Positions 12,160 through 26,676 of a stretch of DNA of 64,000 bases are shown here, in pieces (positions within the stretch are counted from its first letter, which is position 1; every line of letters starts with the position of its first letter). The notes under the pieces are model-generated. The model did no database searches and was not told where the DNA came from. It was given only the letters and a program-made list of their open reading frames with translations. Location of the stretch: NCBI GenBank assembly GCA_951406725.2, contig OX597821.1, positions 108,562,001 to 108,626,000 of the forward strand. The letters run 5' to 3'. The DNA comes from Octopus vulgaris (Eukaryota). A program made the translations under genes and the position numbers.

Positions 12160-12329
12160 TGTGTGTGTGTGTGTGTGTGTGTGTACACACGAGTCGTCAA
12201 AAAGTCCATCAGTTAGAGAAAGATGCACTCTTGTATCTGTCTAAGAGTGGGTGTATTATCCGAAATGTACAGTCTTATAAATCCATCATGGCTGATCTTA
12301 CCAGTCGGTTTTTCACTAAGAACTTAACT

Positions 12330-12369
<40 letters not shown>

Positions 12370-12374
12370 GGTCA

Positions 12375-12598
12375 CAATGAGTTCGCATTGTTTTAGCCTT
12401 CGAACGACGCCACCCCGCTGGCTAAGCGAGCAGGCCAACAGAAGAAAGAGTGAGAGAAAGAGTGAGAGAAAGAGTGGTGAAAGAGTACAGCAGGGATCAC
12501 CTCACGTGGAGCTTTCAAGCGTTTTCGCTCAATAAAACATTCACAACGCCCGCTCTAGGAATCGAAACTGCGATCCTAACCACTGGGCCATTGCGCCT

Positions 12599-12600
<2 letters not shown>
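12375..12600 (-). mobile_element. tRNA SINE sharing its head with the 21393-21750 family, different tail
   Basis: Reverse complement: GGAGGCGCAATGGCCCAGTGGTTAGG..GTTTCGATTCC..GTTTATTGAGCGAAAAC..CCCTGCTGTACTCTTTCACCAC. Confidence 0.75.
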
Positions 12601-12650
<50 letters not shown>

Positions 12651-12825
12651 AATTTGTGGTAAATCATTTTACCTTTGCCCATAAAATACGGTAAATTAAT
12701 TGATTGCATCGCAATCATTAACATTTATGTATTAACTTTGTTGGGTACTTCACTAGCAGAATATTGGATATACGTTATCCCATAGAGAGTTGCATTTACA
12801 ACCCCTATCTCAATTTGTATCTCAA

Positions 12826-12868
<43 letters not shown>

Positions 12869-12907
12869 ATGCACACTCACACGCACACACATACACACAC
12901 ACATATA

Positions 12908-13143
12908 CAGGATACGACAGAAGAAACACTCTTTCTGCGTTTAATAACATTTATAACATTTATAACGTTTATAACATTTATTAAATAATTTCTTATTGAA
13001 CAGAAATTTATTGCATTACTTAAAGAAACGATAATAATAAAACTAATTACAAAAATCGCAGAATTTTCAGGAAATATATTAAGTAATATTTCATCAAAAC
13101 AACCTGATTCAATATAAAAGGGCGTTAATTCTGCCGCACCCTG
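12908..13143. mobile_element. Tc1/pogo-type MITE, copy 2
   Basis: TA-CAGGATACGACAGAAG...TTCTGCCGCACCCTG-TA; interior matches 11938-12159. Confidence 0.78.
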
Positions 13144-13360
13144 TATATATAGACACACTCACGCACAAACACACGCAAACACACGCAGGCACGCAACGTA
13201 CGTGTCCTCTCAAACAGGCATAGGAGCATTAACGAAGGCGTTATTCTATTAAAGTTTTTTTTAGTAAATATGACCCTAATTACAAAAGAATGTTATCTGT
13301 GCCGTTCACAGAAGCCACGTTATGTATGCATACATACACATCATATACACGCATATATAA

Positions 13361-13426
<66 letters not shown>

Positions 13427-13440
13427 GTACATATTACCAA

Positions 13441-13480
<40 letters not shown>

Positions 13481-13678
13481 GCAAATATATGATGTGTGTG
13501 TGTGTGTGTGGTTGTACGTGTATATTGCCGCATTATTCCCACGGATATTTAAAATAGTGCGAAACTCGAAAAGGTCACAACTGTTGCCTGATGCTCAAAT
13601 ATTTTACGATTCAACATACAAGGCTCGTATTCACACACTTACATACAGACATAGGCATGTGTGTATGTAATTATGTTG

Positions 13679-13713
<35 letters not shown>

Positions 13714-13719
13714 TATCAT

Positions 13720-13754
<35 letters not shown>

Positions 13755-13818
13755 ATTCATACGCATATAATATAGGAATTTAAATTCCATATATTGTATA
13801 TATGTACATATTACCAAG

Positions 13819-13850
<32 letters not shown>

Positions 13851-13861
13851 ATATTCATGAA

Positions 13862-13914
<53 letters not shown>

Positions 13915-13993
13915 AGAGGGAGTGGGGGAGAGAAATTATCTTTTTTTCATTTGTAAACAAATTTGAAATGAATATAACAGCTGTGTGTTTACG

Positions 13994-14442
<449 letters not shown>

Positions 14443-14489
14443 GTGCGTGCATTTATGTTTATTTAATAATATCTTTAATCATTAGCTCC

Positions 14490-14656
14490 AAGAGCCCAAT
14501 AGTCATTTTGCTTTTTTCTATATTTAGCATCATATAGATATACACACTTATTGCAGCGGTACTTCAGTTTACCTAAGCTCTGTATAAGAACCGAAATGTT
14601 GGTCTCCAACCAGGCCTTCCGCGACACCCCCGAAGCCAGGAACTTTCCCCTCGAAC

Positions 14657-14662
<6 letters not shown>
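14490..14662. mobile_element. Partial mariner-type MITE related to 28312-28739
   Basis: Shares CTTATTGCAGC..CAGTTT..CTAAGC.CTGT..CTCCAACCAG..CGCG.ACCC..AAGCC.GGAACTTT. Confidence 0.6.
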
Positions 14663-14710
<48 letters not shown>

Positions 14711-14911
14711 CCAACTGGAAACGATGTTTCCTGAGGTTAAACAACAGTAACAATCGTCCCTTCCTGGACAACCACATAATGTTGGTAAATAATCTTTACT
14801 ATAAAAAACTGTTACTGAATATCTCTCTTTGACAGATTTAGAATATATATTTTCGAATGGGAATTCAGCAGCGCCACCTAGCCAAGCAACTACACTGTGT
14901 CGATAAAGGGT

Positions 14912-15854
14912 AATATCAGTGGTGTCCCTTAGAGGAATGTCTTGAGCCCGCTCGTCTTTATAATCTATATAAACGACATTCCCAGCGTCATAAATCCCAG
15001 CAAAGTAAAAATATTTGCGGATGACTCTAAGGTTCAGAAAATCATCAATGATGAAGATCGAACTCAACTCCAGTCTGATCTACATGCTGTGAGTCAATGA
15101 CAGACAAAAACAAAATACAACTAAACGAAGGAAAATTTGATCTTATGCATTTTGGATAAAAGACTATGCTAAAACAGCCACATTCTCTTCCTTCAGGGGA
15201 CCCTTTCACAGCATCTTATATCAGAGACCTAGGAGTAATTGCTGCAAACAGTCTCAGTTGGTATGCCCGCATCAACCATAAGGTCGATATAGCTCGTAGG
15301 ATGAGCTCCTGGATCCTAAGAACCTTCTGATCTAGAAAACAATGTGACATGTTCCACTTTTCTACTCTTTTGTATGGTCACAGCTTGAATACTGCTGTTT
15401 CCTGTTGTCTCCCGAAACAAAACAAAATATTTCGAAAATTGAATCATCCTAGAGGTCATTCACTAAAAGAATTAAGGGCGTGACTGATCTCGGTCATTGG
15501 GACCACCATTATTGCCTAAACGACCTCTCCTACCCAATTCAGGATCACAACACAAATACACTGCGGCACAATTTCTTTTCTGCAACAAGCCCTGCCCTGT
15601 TTAACATTGTCCTGAAACAGATCAAAGATGAAAAGGATCCCATAGCCTTCAATCGGAATCTGGACAAATTTCTTCAAAGAATACCAGATAAGCCACCTAC
15701 AGCTGGAAACAAATTAATCAGCAAGAACTCCCTACTCGAATGGACCATGATACCACAAAACTTCACTTAAAAAGGATTTAGCTAATCCAATCAGGTGGTG
15801 CTATTCAGTTGGATAAGGTCTAGACCAATCATTGGTCGAAATATATCTAAGTTT
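14912..15854 (+). mobile_element. CR1-clade LINE, 5'-truncated, pseudogenised reverse transcriptase and 3' UTR
   Basis: Plus-strand SGVP*RNVLSPLVFIIYINDI..KIFADDSK..LQSDL..RDLGV..LSW..LEYC..RSFTKRI (RT motifs), continuing into ORF 15480-15770 (LDKFLQRIPDKP). Confidence 0.92.
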
Positions 15855-15859
15855 ATATA

Positions 15860-16282
15860 TAGGCGGAGAAATGGCTGCTGGGATAAGTAGCTTGCTTACG
15901 AACGACATGGTTCCAGGTTCAGTCCCACTGCGTAACACCTTGAGCAAGTGTCTTCTACTCTGGGCATCGGGACGACCAAAGCCTTGTGAGAGGATTTGGT
16001 AGACGGAAACTGAAAGAAGCCCGTCGTACATATGTATATATATATATGTACGTGTGTGCGTGTAGATGTTTGTGTGTCTGTGTTTGTCCCCCAACATCGC
16101 TTGACAACCGATGCTGGTGTGTTTACTTCCGTAACTTAGCAGTTCGGCAAAAGTGAAAGATAGAATAATTACTAGGCTTACAATGAATAAGTCCTGGGGT
16201 CGAAGTGCTCGACTAAAGGCGGTGCTCCAGCATGGCCATAGTCAAATGACTGAAACAAGTAAGAGAGTAAAGAATAAGAGTA
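15860..16282 (+). mobile_element. CORE-type tRNA SINE, full length
   Basis: Head, CORE, microsatellite and tail motifs as in 9585-10010. Confidence 0.9.
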
Positions 16283-16904
16283 ATACATATAAAAATATGG
16301 GGGTTTAGTTCACAGGGGGATCTAAACGACTATGATTGCTGTGTAAGCGCCGTAACGGATAACCAGGCTCATAACCGAGACGGAAGTTATGGACGAGCGG
16401 GATGGCCGGATCCAGGGGCGGATAAATAGATGGATGTTATATTCTGTTGAAGCAGAAACAAACAAAAAAGTCTGAGGAAATCAAACAGAAGTGATCACTC
16501 GTTTAGTCTCTGCCGAAACACAAGCAAACAGCCTGGAGTTGGCAAGAGATATCTATATAAATCGGTGGAACTAAACTGACGTAATCATGAGATTGTCAAA
16601 CTTTCCCAGACGCACACATCTAGACAAGCACATGATGATAAAATGTGTTAAATATGCTAAACTAAAGAAATATGCTAAATACATCAATGACGTCACAATT
16701 CCTGTTATGAGAAACTTTGATTTTGCCTTTGAATTCTTAATACTAAACTAATGTTAATGTTATTACCAGAACAGATATTTGGTAAACGTTTCTTTAAAAA
16801 TATATCCTTTTCTATTTCGCAGAATGTTATGAAACATAGTACGGAAAGCATATGCGAGTGCACGTTTGCATATACACACGTGCACACGAATATATGCATA
16901 CGCA

Positions 16905-17108
16905 TTCTTTCATTTGTTTCGGTCGTTTTGACTGCGGCCATGCTGGAGTACCGCTTTTAGTCGGAATAATCGAACGCAGCACTTATTCTTTGTAAGCCTA
17001 GTACTTATTCTATCGCTCTCTTTTTGCCGAACCGCTAGGTTACGGGGACGTAAACATACCAAAATCGGCTGTCAAGCGCTGGTAGGAGGATAAACATAAC
17101 ACACAAAC

Positions 17109-17165
<57 letters not shown>

Positions 17166-17357
17166 CAAACACACACACATATCTATATATACGACTGGCT
17201 TCTTTCAGTTTCCGTCTACCAAATCCACTCACAAGGCTTTGGTCGGCCCGAGGCTATAGTAGAAGAAACTTGCCCAAGGTGCCACGCAATGGGACTGAAA
17301 TCGGAACCATGTGGTTTGTAAGCAAGCTACTTACCACACAGCCACTCCTGCGCCTAT
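16905..17357 (-). mobile_element. CORE-type tRNA SINE, full length
   Basis: Same family motifs, inverted relative to 15860-16282. Confidence 0.9.
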
Positions 17358-17900
17358 ATATACATATATACATTTATACATACACTCACGTATATGTATG
17401 TGTTTGTGAGGATATGTGCGAATGTTTAAAGCCTAATGAAGTTAAAAGCCCTTGACTTGCAAGACTTAAAGAGCTGTCGTGTTACATAGATTCTTGTCCA
17501 GGCAAGATTTCTGTTAGGGCTGATGATGAAAACAGTGATAATTTTGATGTCCTTCAGATCTACAGATATATTTTTCAAGGGTTTATGATAACGATTTTAT
17601 ATATTTCATGATAAAATAATTAGGAAAATGCAGATTGGTGACTAGCAATGTATAACCTAATCTAGAAATTAAACTTTTCTGGAGGCTTAAAAATAATTGT
17701 ATCGAGCTACTTGATTTCTACCTAATTTAATACTTCTAGCAGTAGCACGATATTGTATTTACGGAGATGTACTTGCATAGCAGGTGACCTGATCTGAGAT
17801 CGTGTGTTGGAACGAAAACAATGGCAGCGTGGAAGGTGTTTATAAGCCATTTAAGAAACACACAAAAACTGTTATATTCACTTCAATATTTAAATTTAAT

Positions 17901-17949
17901 TTGTCAAAATATTTTCGTCGCTTTGAGACCGCGACTTGTTCACTGACAA
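17901..17949 (-). ncRNA. Minimal type I hammerhead ribozyme fold with variant G3:C8 core
   Basis: Minus strand: TTGTCA-GTGAACA-A-GTCGC-ggtctcaaa-GCGAC-GAA-AATATT-T-TGACAA. Confidence 0.6.
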
Positions 17950-18213
17950 GATTCCGTGCTGCATCTCTAAAGCTATATTTTAATTAAGCTTAAATGATAG
18001 AGCTCAATTCGAGGAATTTCACGGTATCAGTCTCATGCAATGAGGTTTGTTTCTCAAATTTGAGGGTGATGATATACTTCTATACTTTTAATGAATATAT
18101 TTCTATAAGGAGACTTATGATATATGTCAACAGCATCATTGAGGTATGGAAAAAATTATCAACGACACCGCTAAATGACACATTAATTAGCATAATAGTA
18201 TAGCCTGGAAATA

Positions 18214-19257
18214 ATATGGATTACATGGAAAAATACGAGCAAGACAAATAATATTCCTAAGATTATAAACCTGGAAAATTACAGGACAAGCTGGAAAAGT
18301 GCAGGACAACATATTGCATCTGGTAAAGTATAGAACAAGAAAATTTTTGGTTAAAATATTGCAGCTAAAGATAAAATTTGGATATTAAAAATTACTTGAT
18401 TTTCATTTACAAAGTAACATTATAATTAAAAAGAGGTACCATCATTTTGTTAAAATATTGACACACTAGAATACTTTAAAAAATGAGAGCCAGAAGTACT
18501 AATATAGCTAATGTTTTATGCAAAGAAGAATAGTATATATGGTAGGTAGCTTCATTAAATAAAAATTAGGCATTGGGTCAAGACTGAAAATGTGAAGACT
18601 TGGCAATAACTTAGGCAATAACTCATGCAAATTTTACAGTGAATTTTTTGTTATAGGTAGATTTTTACAGTAATATATAACAATTTTTTTTTATTTTTCC
18701 ATTTATTGTTCTCATTACTTGTGTACTACTAATATTTTTATATCCTATTAGGTTGTCCCAAAAGTTCGTAAACACTTGCGAAAATTGAATTTTTACTCGC
18801 CAAGTACTAACAAAAACAACAAAAATTATTCCTCAAAATAAAGACCATTATTTTCCAAGACTTTCTACGAACTTTTGGGACAACCTTATATTTTCAAATT
18901 CCTAAATATTAACTAATAATTTTTTTAATTATTATTTTAAAGCGCAAAAACTATTTTCAGTTATTTTTTTTAATTTTTAATAGAAATAACAAATAATAAC
19001 AAATAGAAGTAATAACTTGTAATAAAATATTTAGTTTTAATAAAAGCTAATATTTTCTAAATCTAAATATCGTATTTGAAAGTTTACCCATAGCTGCAAT
19101 ATCTTGAGTAATTTTTTTTTTTTTTGTTCTGTACTTTACCAGGTGTAATAAATTGCCCTGAACTTTTCCAAGGTTAATAATTTGTCCTGTAATTTTCCAG
19201 GTTTATAATCTTAAGAATATTATTTCTCTCCCTCGCATTTTCCCATGTAATATATAT
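18214..19257. mobile_element. Non-autonomous DNA transposon, ~1.04 kb, with long (~170 bp) TIRs containing subrepeats
   Basis: ATTACATGGAAAAATACGAG..TAAGATTATAAACCTGGAAAATTACAGGACAA..CTGGTAAAGTATAGAACAA at left is the reverse complement of ~19075-19257. Confidence 0.8.
18748..18888. mobile_element. 141-bp mariner MITE nested in 18214-19257
   Basis: TA-TTAGGTTGTCCCAAAAGTTCGTA...TACGAACTTTTGGGACAACCTTA-TA; TIR resembles that of 343-901. Confidence 0.88.
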
Positions 19258-19261
19258 TTTT

Positions 19262-19520
19262 AGCTCTCCAATTCCCTGCAATAAAAATGAAGATATCTGC
19301 CAAAATTAAGAAATCATCGTCTTCACAATACCGGATGAACCCACAGCCCCCGACATGAGGTGCAGACGAGGGCAGCGGAATCAAACTACGTTATAAATAT
19401 GCCAACAACTGGAGCAAAGGCACACACGGGAGTGGTGATGTGAAACGCCCTAGAATGAGGAAATCAGAAAGACTGCAGTGGTGCTCCAGCGTGGCAGAAG
19501 CGTGTAAAAAATTAAAAGAG
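19262..19520 (+). mobile_element. Short CR1-like 3' end of a different subfamily
   Basis: Encodes TIPDEPTAP (cf. RIPDKPP at ~15680) and ends GTGGTGCTCCAGCGTGGC..AAAAGAG-(TA)n. Confidence 0.5.
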
Positions 19521-19578
<58 letters not shown>

Positions 19579-19897
19579 AGTGTATGTGTGTGCGGTGTGT
19601 GTGTATGTGTGTGCGTATTCTTACATACATATATAAGCGTGCATATATAGTCCCCTCCACCACTTGGATTCGTACCTCTTCGATTTTTTTTTTTTTTATT
19701 CACTCCGGATATCTTCGTTAAATCCTTAATTTCCGGTTTTACTGTTGCAAATATCCGGGGGTGTTGTTTTGCATATTATGTGATTCGGTTGATTTATATT
19801 TAAATATGTACACACGACTGCAAGCACACACACACGAACACACACACACAAACACGCACGCACATGTTCATATATATACATACATATATATATGTTC

Positions 19898-19928
<31 letters not shown>

Positions 19929-19989
19929 CGACTGCAAGCACACACACACGAACACACACACACAAACACGCACGCACATGTTCATATAT

Positions 19990-20435
<446 letters not shown>

Positions 20436-20527
20436 GAATATGTGTATGTAAATATGTAAATATACACGTATATATATCTGTGGGTGTGTGCATATATATA
20501 ATATATTTATATATATATGCAATCATG

Positions 20528-20573
<46 letters not shown>

Positions 20574-20798
20574 ACTAACTTACTAACTAACTAACTAATA
20601 ATATATATGTATATCTATATCAATTTATCTATGCATATGCAAACATATATATGTGTGTGTGTGTGTTTGTATATGTATGTATATGAGTGTGGGGGCTTAC
20701 GTGTACATGCCCATGTATATATATATATACATACATATATATGTGTGTGTGTTTGTATGAGCGTGTATGCGTATCAGGATATAAATATATGTATGTAT

Positions 20799-20839
<41 letters not shown>

Positions 20840-21392
20840 CACACACACACACACATTCGTATTTAGAAATATTGGGTGACACAGTAGAGTGCCTGTATTA
20901 ATCTCTTAAATACAAACAGGTTTTGTAAACTATACGTCAATAAATTTCTAGATCTACACAGACAGTAACGTCATTACTGTCAGCAAGAAATGACGCATGA
21001 GTTTTTATATGAGATTTTGGTGCCTACGATAGCCGTAAACTTATACTCTGTTACTCAGTCTACCTATGTGTGTGTTCATGTATGGACATAGGTGCGAATC
21101 TATACACACAAATACACAAATACCCGCCACACACACACACAAACACAAACACATATGCACGCAAATACACACGGTTGAGCCCGAAATTGATTTAATCATC
21201 AATAACCCCATTTCTACTTGAGACACGATCCCGAAATTTAGTGGGACACAGGTAACCAATCACATTGACCTTAGTACGTGACTGGTGCTTTATTTTATCG
21301 ACCCTAACAGGAGAAAATGCAGAGTTGACTTCAATGGGATTTCAGCTCAGATAAAAGATACAAACATACGTATATACATAATATAAATATAT

Positions 21393-21750
21393 AGTGGTTA
21401 GGGCAGCGGATTCACGGTCGTAAGATCGCGGTTTCGATTCGCAGACCAGACGTTGTGAGTGTTTATTGAGCGAAAATATCTAAAGCTCCACGAGGCTCCG
21501 GCAGTGAGTGGTGTCGAACCCTGCTGTACTCTTTCACCACAACTTTCTCTCACTCTTTCTTCCTGTTTCTGTTCTACCTGTATTTCAAAGGGCCAGCCTT
21601 GTCGCACATTGTGTCACGCTAAATCTCCCCGAGGTTAAGGGTACACGTGTCTGTGGAGTGCTCAGCCACTTACACGTTAATTTCACGAGCTGGCTGTTCA
21701 GTTGATCGGATCAACTGGAACCCTCGTCGTCGTAACCGACGGAGTGTCGC
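21393..21750 (+). mobile_element. tRNA SINE, third family; inverted copies at 22650-22960 and 60824-61146
   Basis: GTGGTTAGGG..GGTTTCGATTC head; shared body GTGTCACGCT..GTCTGTGGAGTGCTCAGCCACTT.CACGTTAATTTCACGAG; tail GTCGTAACCGACGGAGTG. Confidence 0.85.
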
Positions 21751-21773
21751 GATAAATAAATAAATATATATAC

Positions 21774-21806
<33 letters not shown>

Positions 21807-22974
21807 TGTATGTATGTATGTATGTATGTATGTATGTATGTATGTATGTATGTATGTATGTATGTATGCATTTATATATGTATATGTGTATAGTTGCTAT
21901 TATGCTAAAGTGTAGTTAATCCAAAACGTTGCTTTTTCAGAAAACGAAGAAATTATTTCACCATTCCATAGCAAATCCGTTGTATTACACTTTGACAATA
22001 TTTGATATCTTGGCATCTGGAGTAGCTGGAGATACAACAGTTTGACCAAAACAACCGGTTATTCCAAGCGAAAATAACTATTGTAAAAAAAAACACATTT
22101 GGTCAAGTTTTGACATACGACAGTTTAATATAATGGCAACGATATATATTCCATTCTTCTACTTGATTCACTTATTAAACAGCGAACATGCTAGCACCAC
22201 CTTGAAGAATTTCCAGGATATTTGACCACGTATAATTTGGTTTCAAATTTTGGCACAAGGCCAGCGATTTCGGGAGAGGAGGAAGCCGATAACATCGATC
22301 CCAGTGCTTAGATGGGACTTCTTTTATCGATTCTGAAAGAATGAAAATGAAAGTCGACCCTTGCGGGATTTAAACTCAGAATGTAAAGCCGGAAGGAACA
22401 TGGTTAATATTAAGGGTGCAATGTGAAGAAATCCACAGTGTGTGTTTGTGAGTGTGTGTGTATGTGTGTGTGTGTGTGTGTGTATACACGCACACACACA
22501 TACGGCGTAGGAATGGTTGTATAGTAAGAAGCTTGCTTCCCAACCACATGGTTCCAGGTTCACCTTGGGCACCTATCTTCTGCTAAAGCCAGAGGCCGGC
22601 CAAAGCCTTGTGAGTGGATTTGGTTGACGAAGCATGAAAGAAGTCGTGTGTGGCACTCCGTCGGTTACGAAGACGAGGGTTCCAGTGGATCCGATCAACT
22701 GAACAGCCTGCTCGTGAAATTAACATGCAAGTGGCTGAGCACTCCACAGACACGTGTACCCTTAACGTAGTTCTCGGGGAGATTCAGGGTGACACAGAGT
22801 GTGAAAAGGCTGGCCCTTTGAAATACAGAACCCGTGGAACAGAAACAGGAAGGAACAGTGAAAGTTGTGGTGAAAGAGTACAGCAGGGTTCGAAAGCCGG
22901 AGCTTCGTGGGGATTTAGGTGTTTTTGCTCAATAAACACTCACAGTGCCCGGTCTGGGAATCTGTCTGTTTGTC

Positions 22975-23041
<67 letters not shown>

Positions 23042-23153
23042 ATATCTATCTATCTATCTATCTATCTATCTGTCTGTCTGTCTATCTGTCTGTCTGTATG
23101 TTTGTCTGTCTGTATATCTATTTATCTTTCTATCTATCTACGCATCTATTTTG

Positions 23154-23185
<32 letters not shown>

Positions 23186-23743
23186 CACTTTGCATGTATA
23201 CATGTGTGTGGATGGTGTGTATGTGTGTTTTGTCTGTCTGTCTGTCTGTGTATCCAATATTTTACTTTTCCTCATAATTTGGTTACCACCGCTCTTTATC
23301 CTTTACATTTTAAACACTATATAAATACAACATGTCCGTCCAAGTGAGCTCGGCTGGTCTTCCACTCTTTACACTTCAACTGGAAATCTCTTTGCTGACA
23401 TGCATACGACGTCCGTGACCAAGAACTCAAGGCAAAGTTCATTTAAAAGTCGGCTCTTTAATTTCCCCGTCTATGTCGAGCTAGCTTTTCGTCCTCCTCC
23501 AACACGAAGCATGTAAACTGCTTTTATTTCATAAATAATGTTGTGTTTCTCTTCATTTCCTGTTTATTTATTTGTTGATTTATGTTTGTCTTTATTTATT
23601 TATTATGTTTTTTTTCTTCGTTGTTAGGTGCTAAGTAGAAGTAAATCGTTCCGCAGTCGGTTATATGTTTATCTTTTCATATGTGTATGTATGCCTGTAG
23701 GCGTGTATCTGTGCGTGCGGGTATGTGTGTGTGCGTGTGCGTG

Positions 23744-23789
<46 letters not shown>

Positions 23790-23934
23790 CGCGTGTGTGT
23801 GTGTGTGTGTGTGTGAGTGAGTGTACATATATGCATATATGCAGAAGGTCTTGAACCGAAAGACATCGAGACGAGGAGAAGCTGGGTTTTTATGAGGAGT
23901 TCTAGGCTCAAAACTGAGTTGAGAACAGGCTGTT

Positions 23935-24001
<67 letters not shown>

Positions 24002-24721
24002 CATACATATATATATATATATACATTCATAATATTTATAAACAAACTAGAAATGCTTCAAATCGTAGAATAAAATATGATATATGCGCGTGTGTTTGTC
24101 TTTGTGCGTGTGTATGCATGCGTGTGTGTGTGTGTGCATATACGTACACAGACACAGATATAGATCCACACACTAGAAATAATTTCCTTAACCATTTTGT
24201 AACCGTTTGCCTGTTGAAATGCACGACTTTTGTTTCAATTAATTTAGGAAGATAACGCGCAATTTAGAAAAAAAAAACCATCTTTGTGACTCTCCAGCTT
24301 GCATTTGGAACATAACATGAATTTTTGATGCAATATATTCTTTTGTTTATATAGCGTTAAAACGGTATATAAAACGGTCATAAATCTAGGGTCGTCTCAG
24401 ATGGGTTTGCATCAACGAAAGTTATGTGAATGAAGAATCTTTCAGAAAAGGTTTATTTAGCAAAGGATATATACACAGCGACAGAAGTATATGTGAGAGC
24501 ATGTGGTCGATTGGTTTGGGTGTTGTACCCACGGTCAGAAGACCATGATTTCGATTTTCAGACCGACGTCTTGTTCTTGAGTAAAACACCTCATCTCGTG
24601 TTACTCTAGTCCACTTAGATGTATGTGAGTAATCCTACGACGGCAAGGCGTCCCGCTCATGGATAATGTTGTGATCTCGGTCGCCATGGAAGCAAGGTAA
24701 CCTGGTCCTCGAAGTGAAGTT

Positions 24722-25302
24722 TGTAACATACCGGGGTTTGATTATAATGATGTGATAACCCTTTGAACCCAAAGTTTCTCCCCCTAAAAACAAATTAACG
24801 TACAGCCTTTCAAAATTACGTCCGCATATCCAGATGTGTATATACAGAAAATAATCATTTATTCAGTCTTGTCACATACACTGTTCATTCATAAAATTTA
24901 CTGGGGAAAAGAGAGGCAAGAATTCCATTCCCACCCTCGCATTTCGTACAAGATCCTTTTCAAGGACCCTGAGAGAGAAATGTTGTCCCCTAATCTTAGC
25001 CATCACACTAACCCTTTCACCTGTAAGGAAATCTGCGTAATTTGTCGGGCCATATGAAGGCGGCAGTGAAGTGTGATCAACGCGATTAGAATCGGCTGAG
25101 AGATAGATCCGTCCTCCACGCGACGACAGCTGTTCGACATAACTCCACAAGTCAGCAATTTAATATTAAAAAAGAAAAGAATTCAACAGGAAATCGTTGA
25201 TTAGATCTCTGCAAAATGGCGACCGCTTATGAAACATAAACCTCTTTCCTAAATAATGTCAATAAAGAAAGATAAAGAAAGTCGAAAGTTAGAGATGTTA
25301 AC
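24722..25302. mobile_element. Unclassified LTR-like repeat related to 46681-46995
   Basis: Begins TGTAAC, has AATAAA near the end, and shares the block AGATCCGTCC..CACGCGAC..AGCTGTTCGACATAACTCCA with ~46930-46972. No TSD found. Confidence 0.35.
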
Positions 25303-25311
25303 GTATATATA

Positions 25312-25429
<118 letters not shown>

Positions 25430-25717
25430 TATACATATATATATATATATATGCGTATATACATATATATGTATATATGCATACGTATATCTGTACATAC
25501 ATATATTTATATATACACATATACATACATATACATACATACATATACATATTCATATATATATATTTATATATATGTATTTATGTATCTAATTTTGTGC
25601 GTGTCTGTATATATGTATATATGTGTGTGTGTATATATGTGTGTTTGTGTATATGCATGCACACACATATGCATGTGTTTATATATATATATGCATACAC
25701 ACATGTATGTATGTATG

Positions 25718-25754
<37 letters not shown>

Positions 25755-26598
25755 GTATATGCATGCAAGTACACGTATGTGTACATACACACAAGTATGT
25801 ATATTAACATCTATGTGCATGTGTGTTTGTGTTTGCACGTGTGTGTGTGTACATATTTCAGGTTCTACTCTCTGCTTCAGGGTATGCATGTAACTGTGTG
25901 ATTGTATGTGTATGCATATGTGTCTGTGTATCTGTATCTTGGTGAGTGTGAGTGTGAATACGTGTAAGTGAATACGTGTGTGCGTGTGTACAATCTCCAT
26001 TTCTGTTTTATCTTTGAGGCTATGTACGCCACTCTACATCTATGACTGTGCATCTGTGCATGTATATGTGTGGGCATATGCGAGTGAGCGTGTATTTTTC
26101 TGTGTCTGTGTGTATGCTGGTTTGTGTAGGAGGAAGTGTGACTAGTCACTTGTTTGTATAGATGAGTGTATATATATATAAATTAAAACAAATTTTGAAA
26201 AGCGCATTTATATGCACTTTAAAAATATAAAGTGAACATTTGAATAAACGAACGATTTAACACGTGTTTGTATAAAAAGGAATCGCTTTGTATATAACTA
26301 CTTCACTGGAAATGTAAATAGTGTTAACCGATCCTCCGTCGGGCTCGACGAGGAACGTAGTAATTCGATCGACAGAATTATCGTTTGGATTGAATTACCA
26401 AGTGAAGAGATGCGTATTCCAACGAAACAGGTGACCACAAAGTGATTCTCAGGCATCATCAGTATGAGTCTGTGTGGCAAGAAACGGCGCCTTTATGCGC
26501 GCACATGTTTTGCAACTCTCTCCTTCTCTCTCTTTCTCTCTCTCTCTCTCTGTATATATATATATATACATATATATATACATATATATATACATATG

Positions 26599-26660
<62 letters not shown>

Positions 26661-26676
26661 CGTGTATATATATATA

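Noticed and set aside
14573-15067. 164-aa minus-strand ORF
   Set aside because: Antisense of the CR1 RT remnant plus (TA)n and a MITE.
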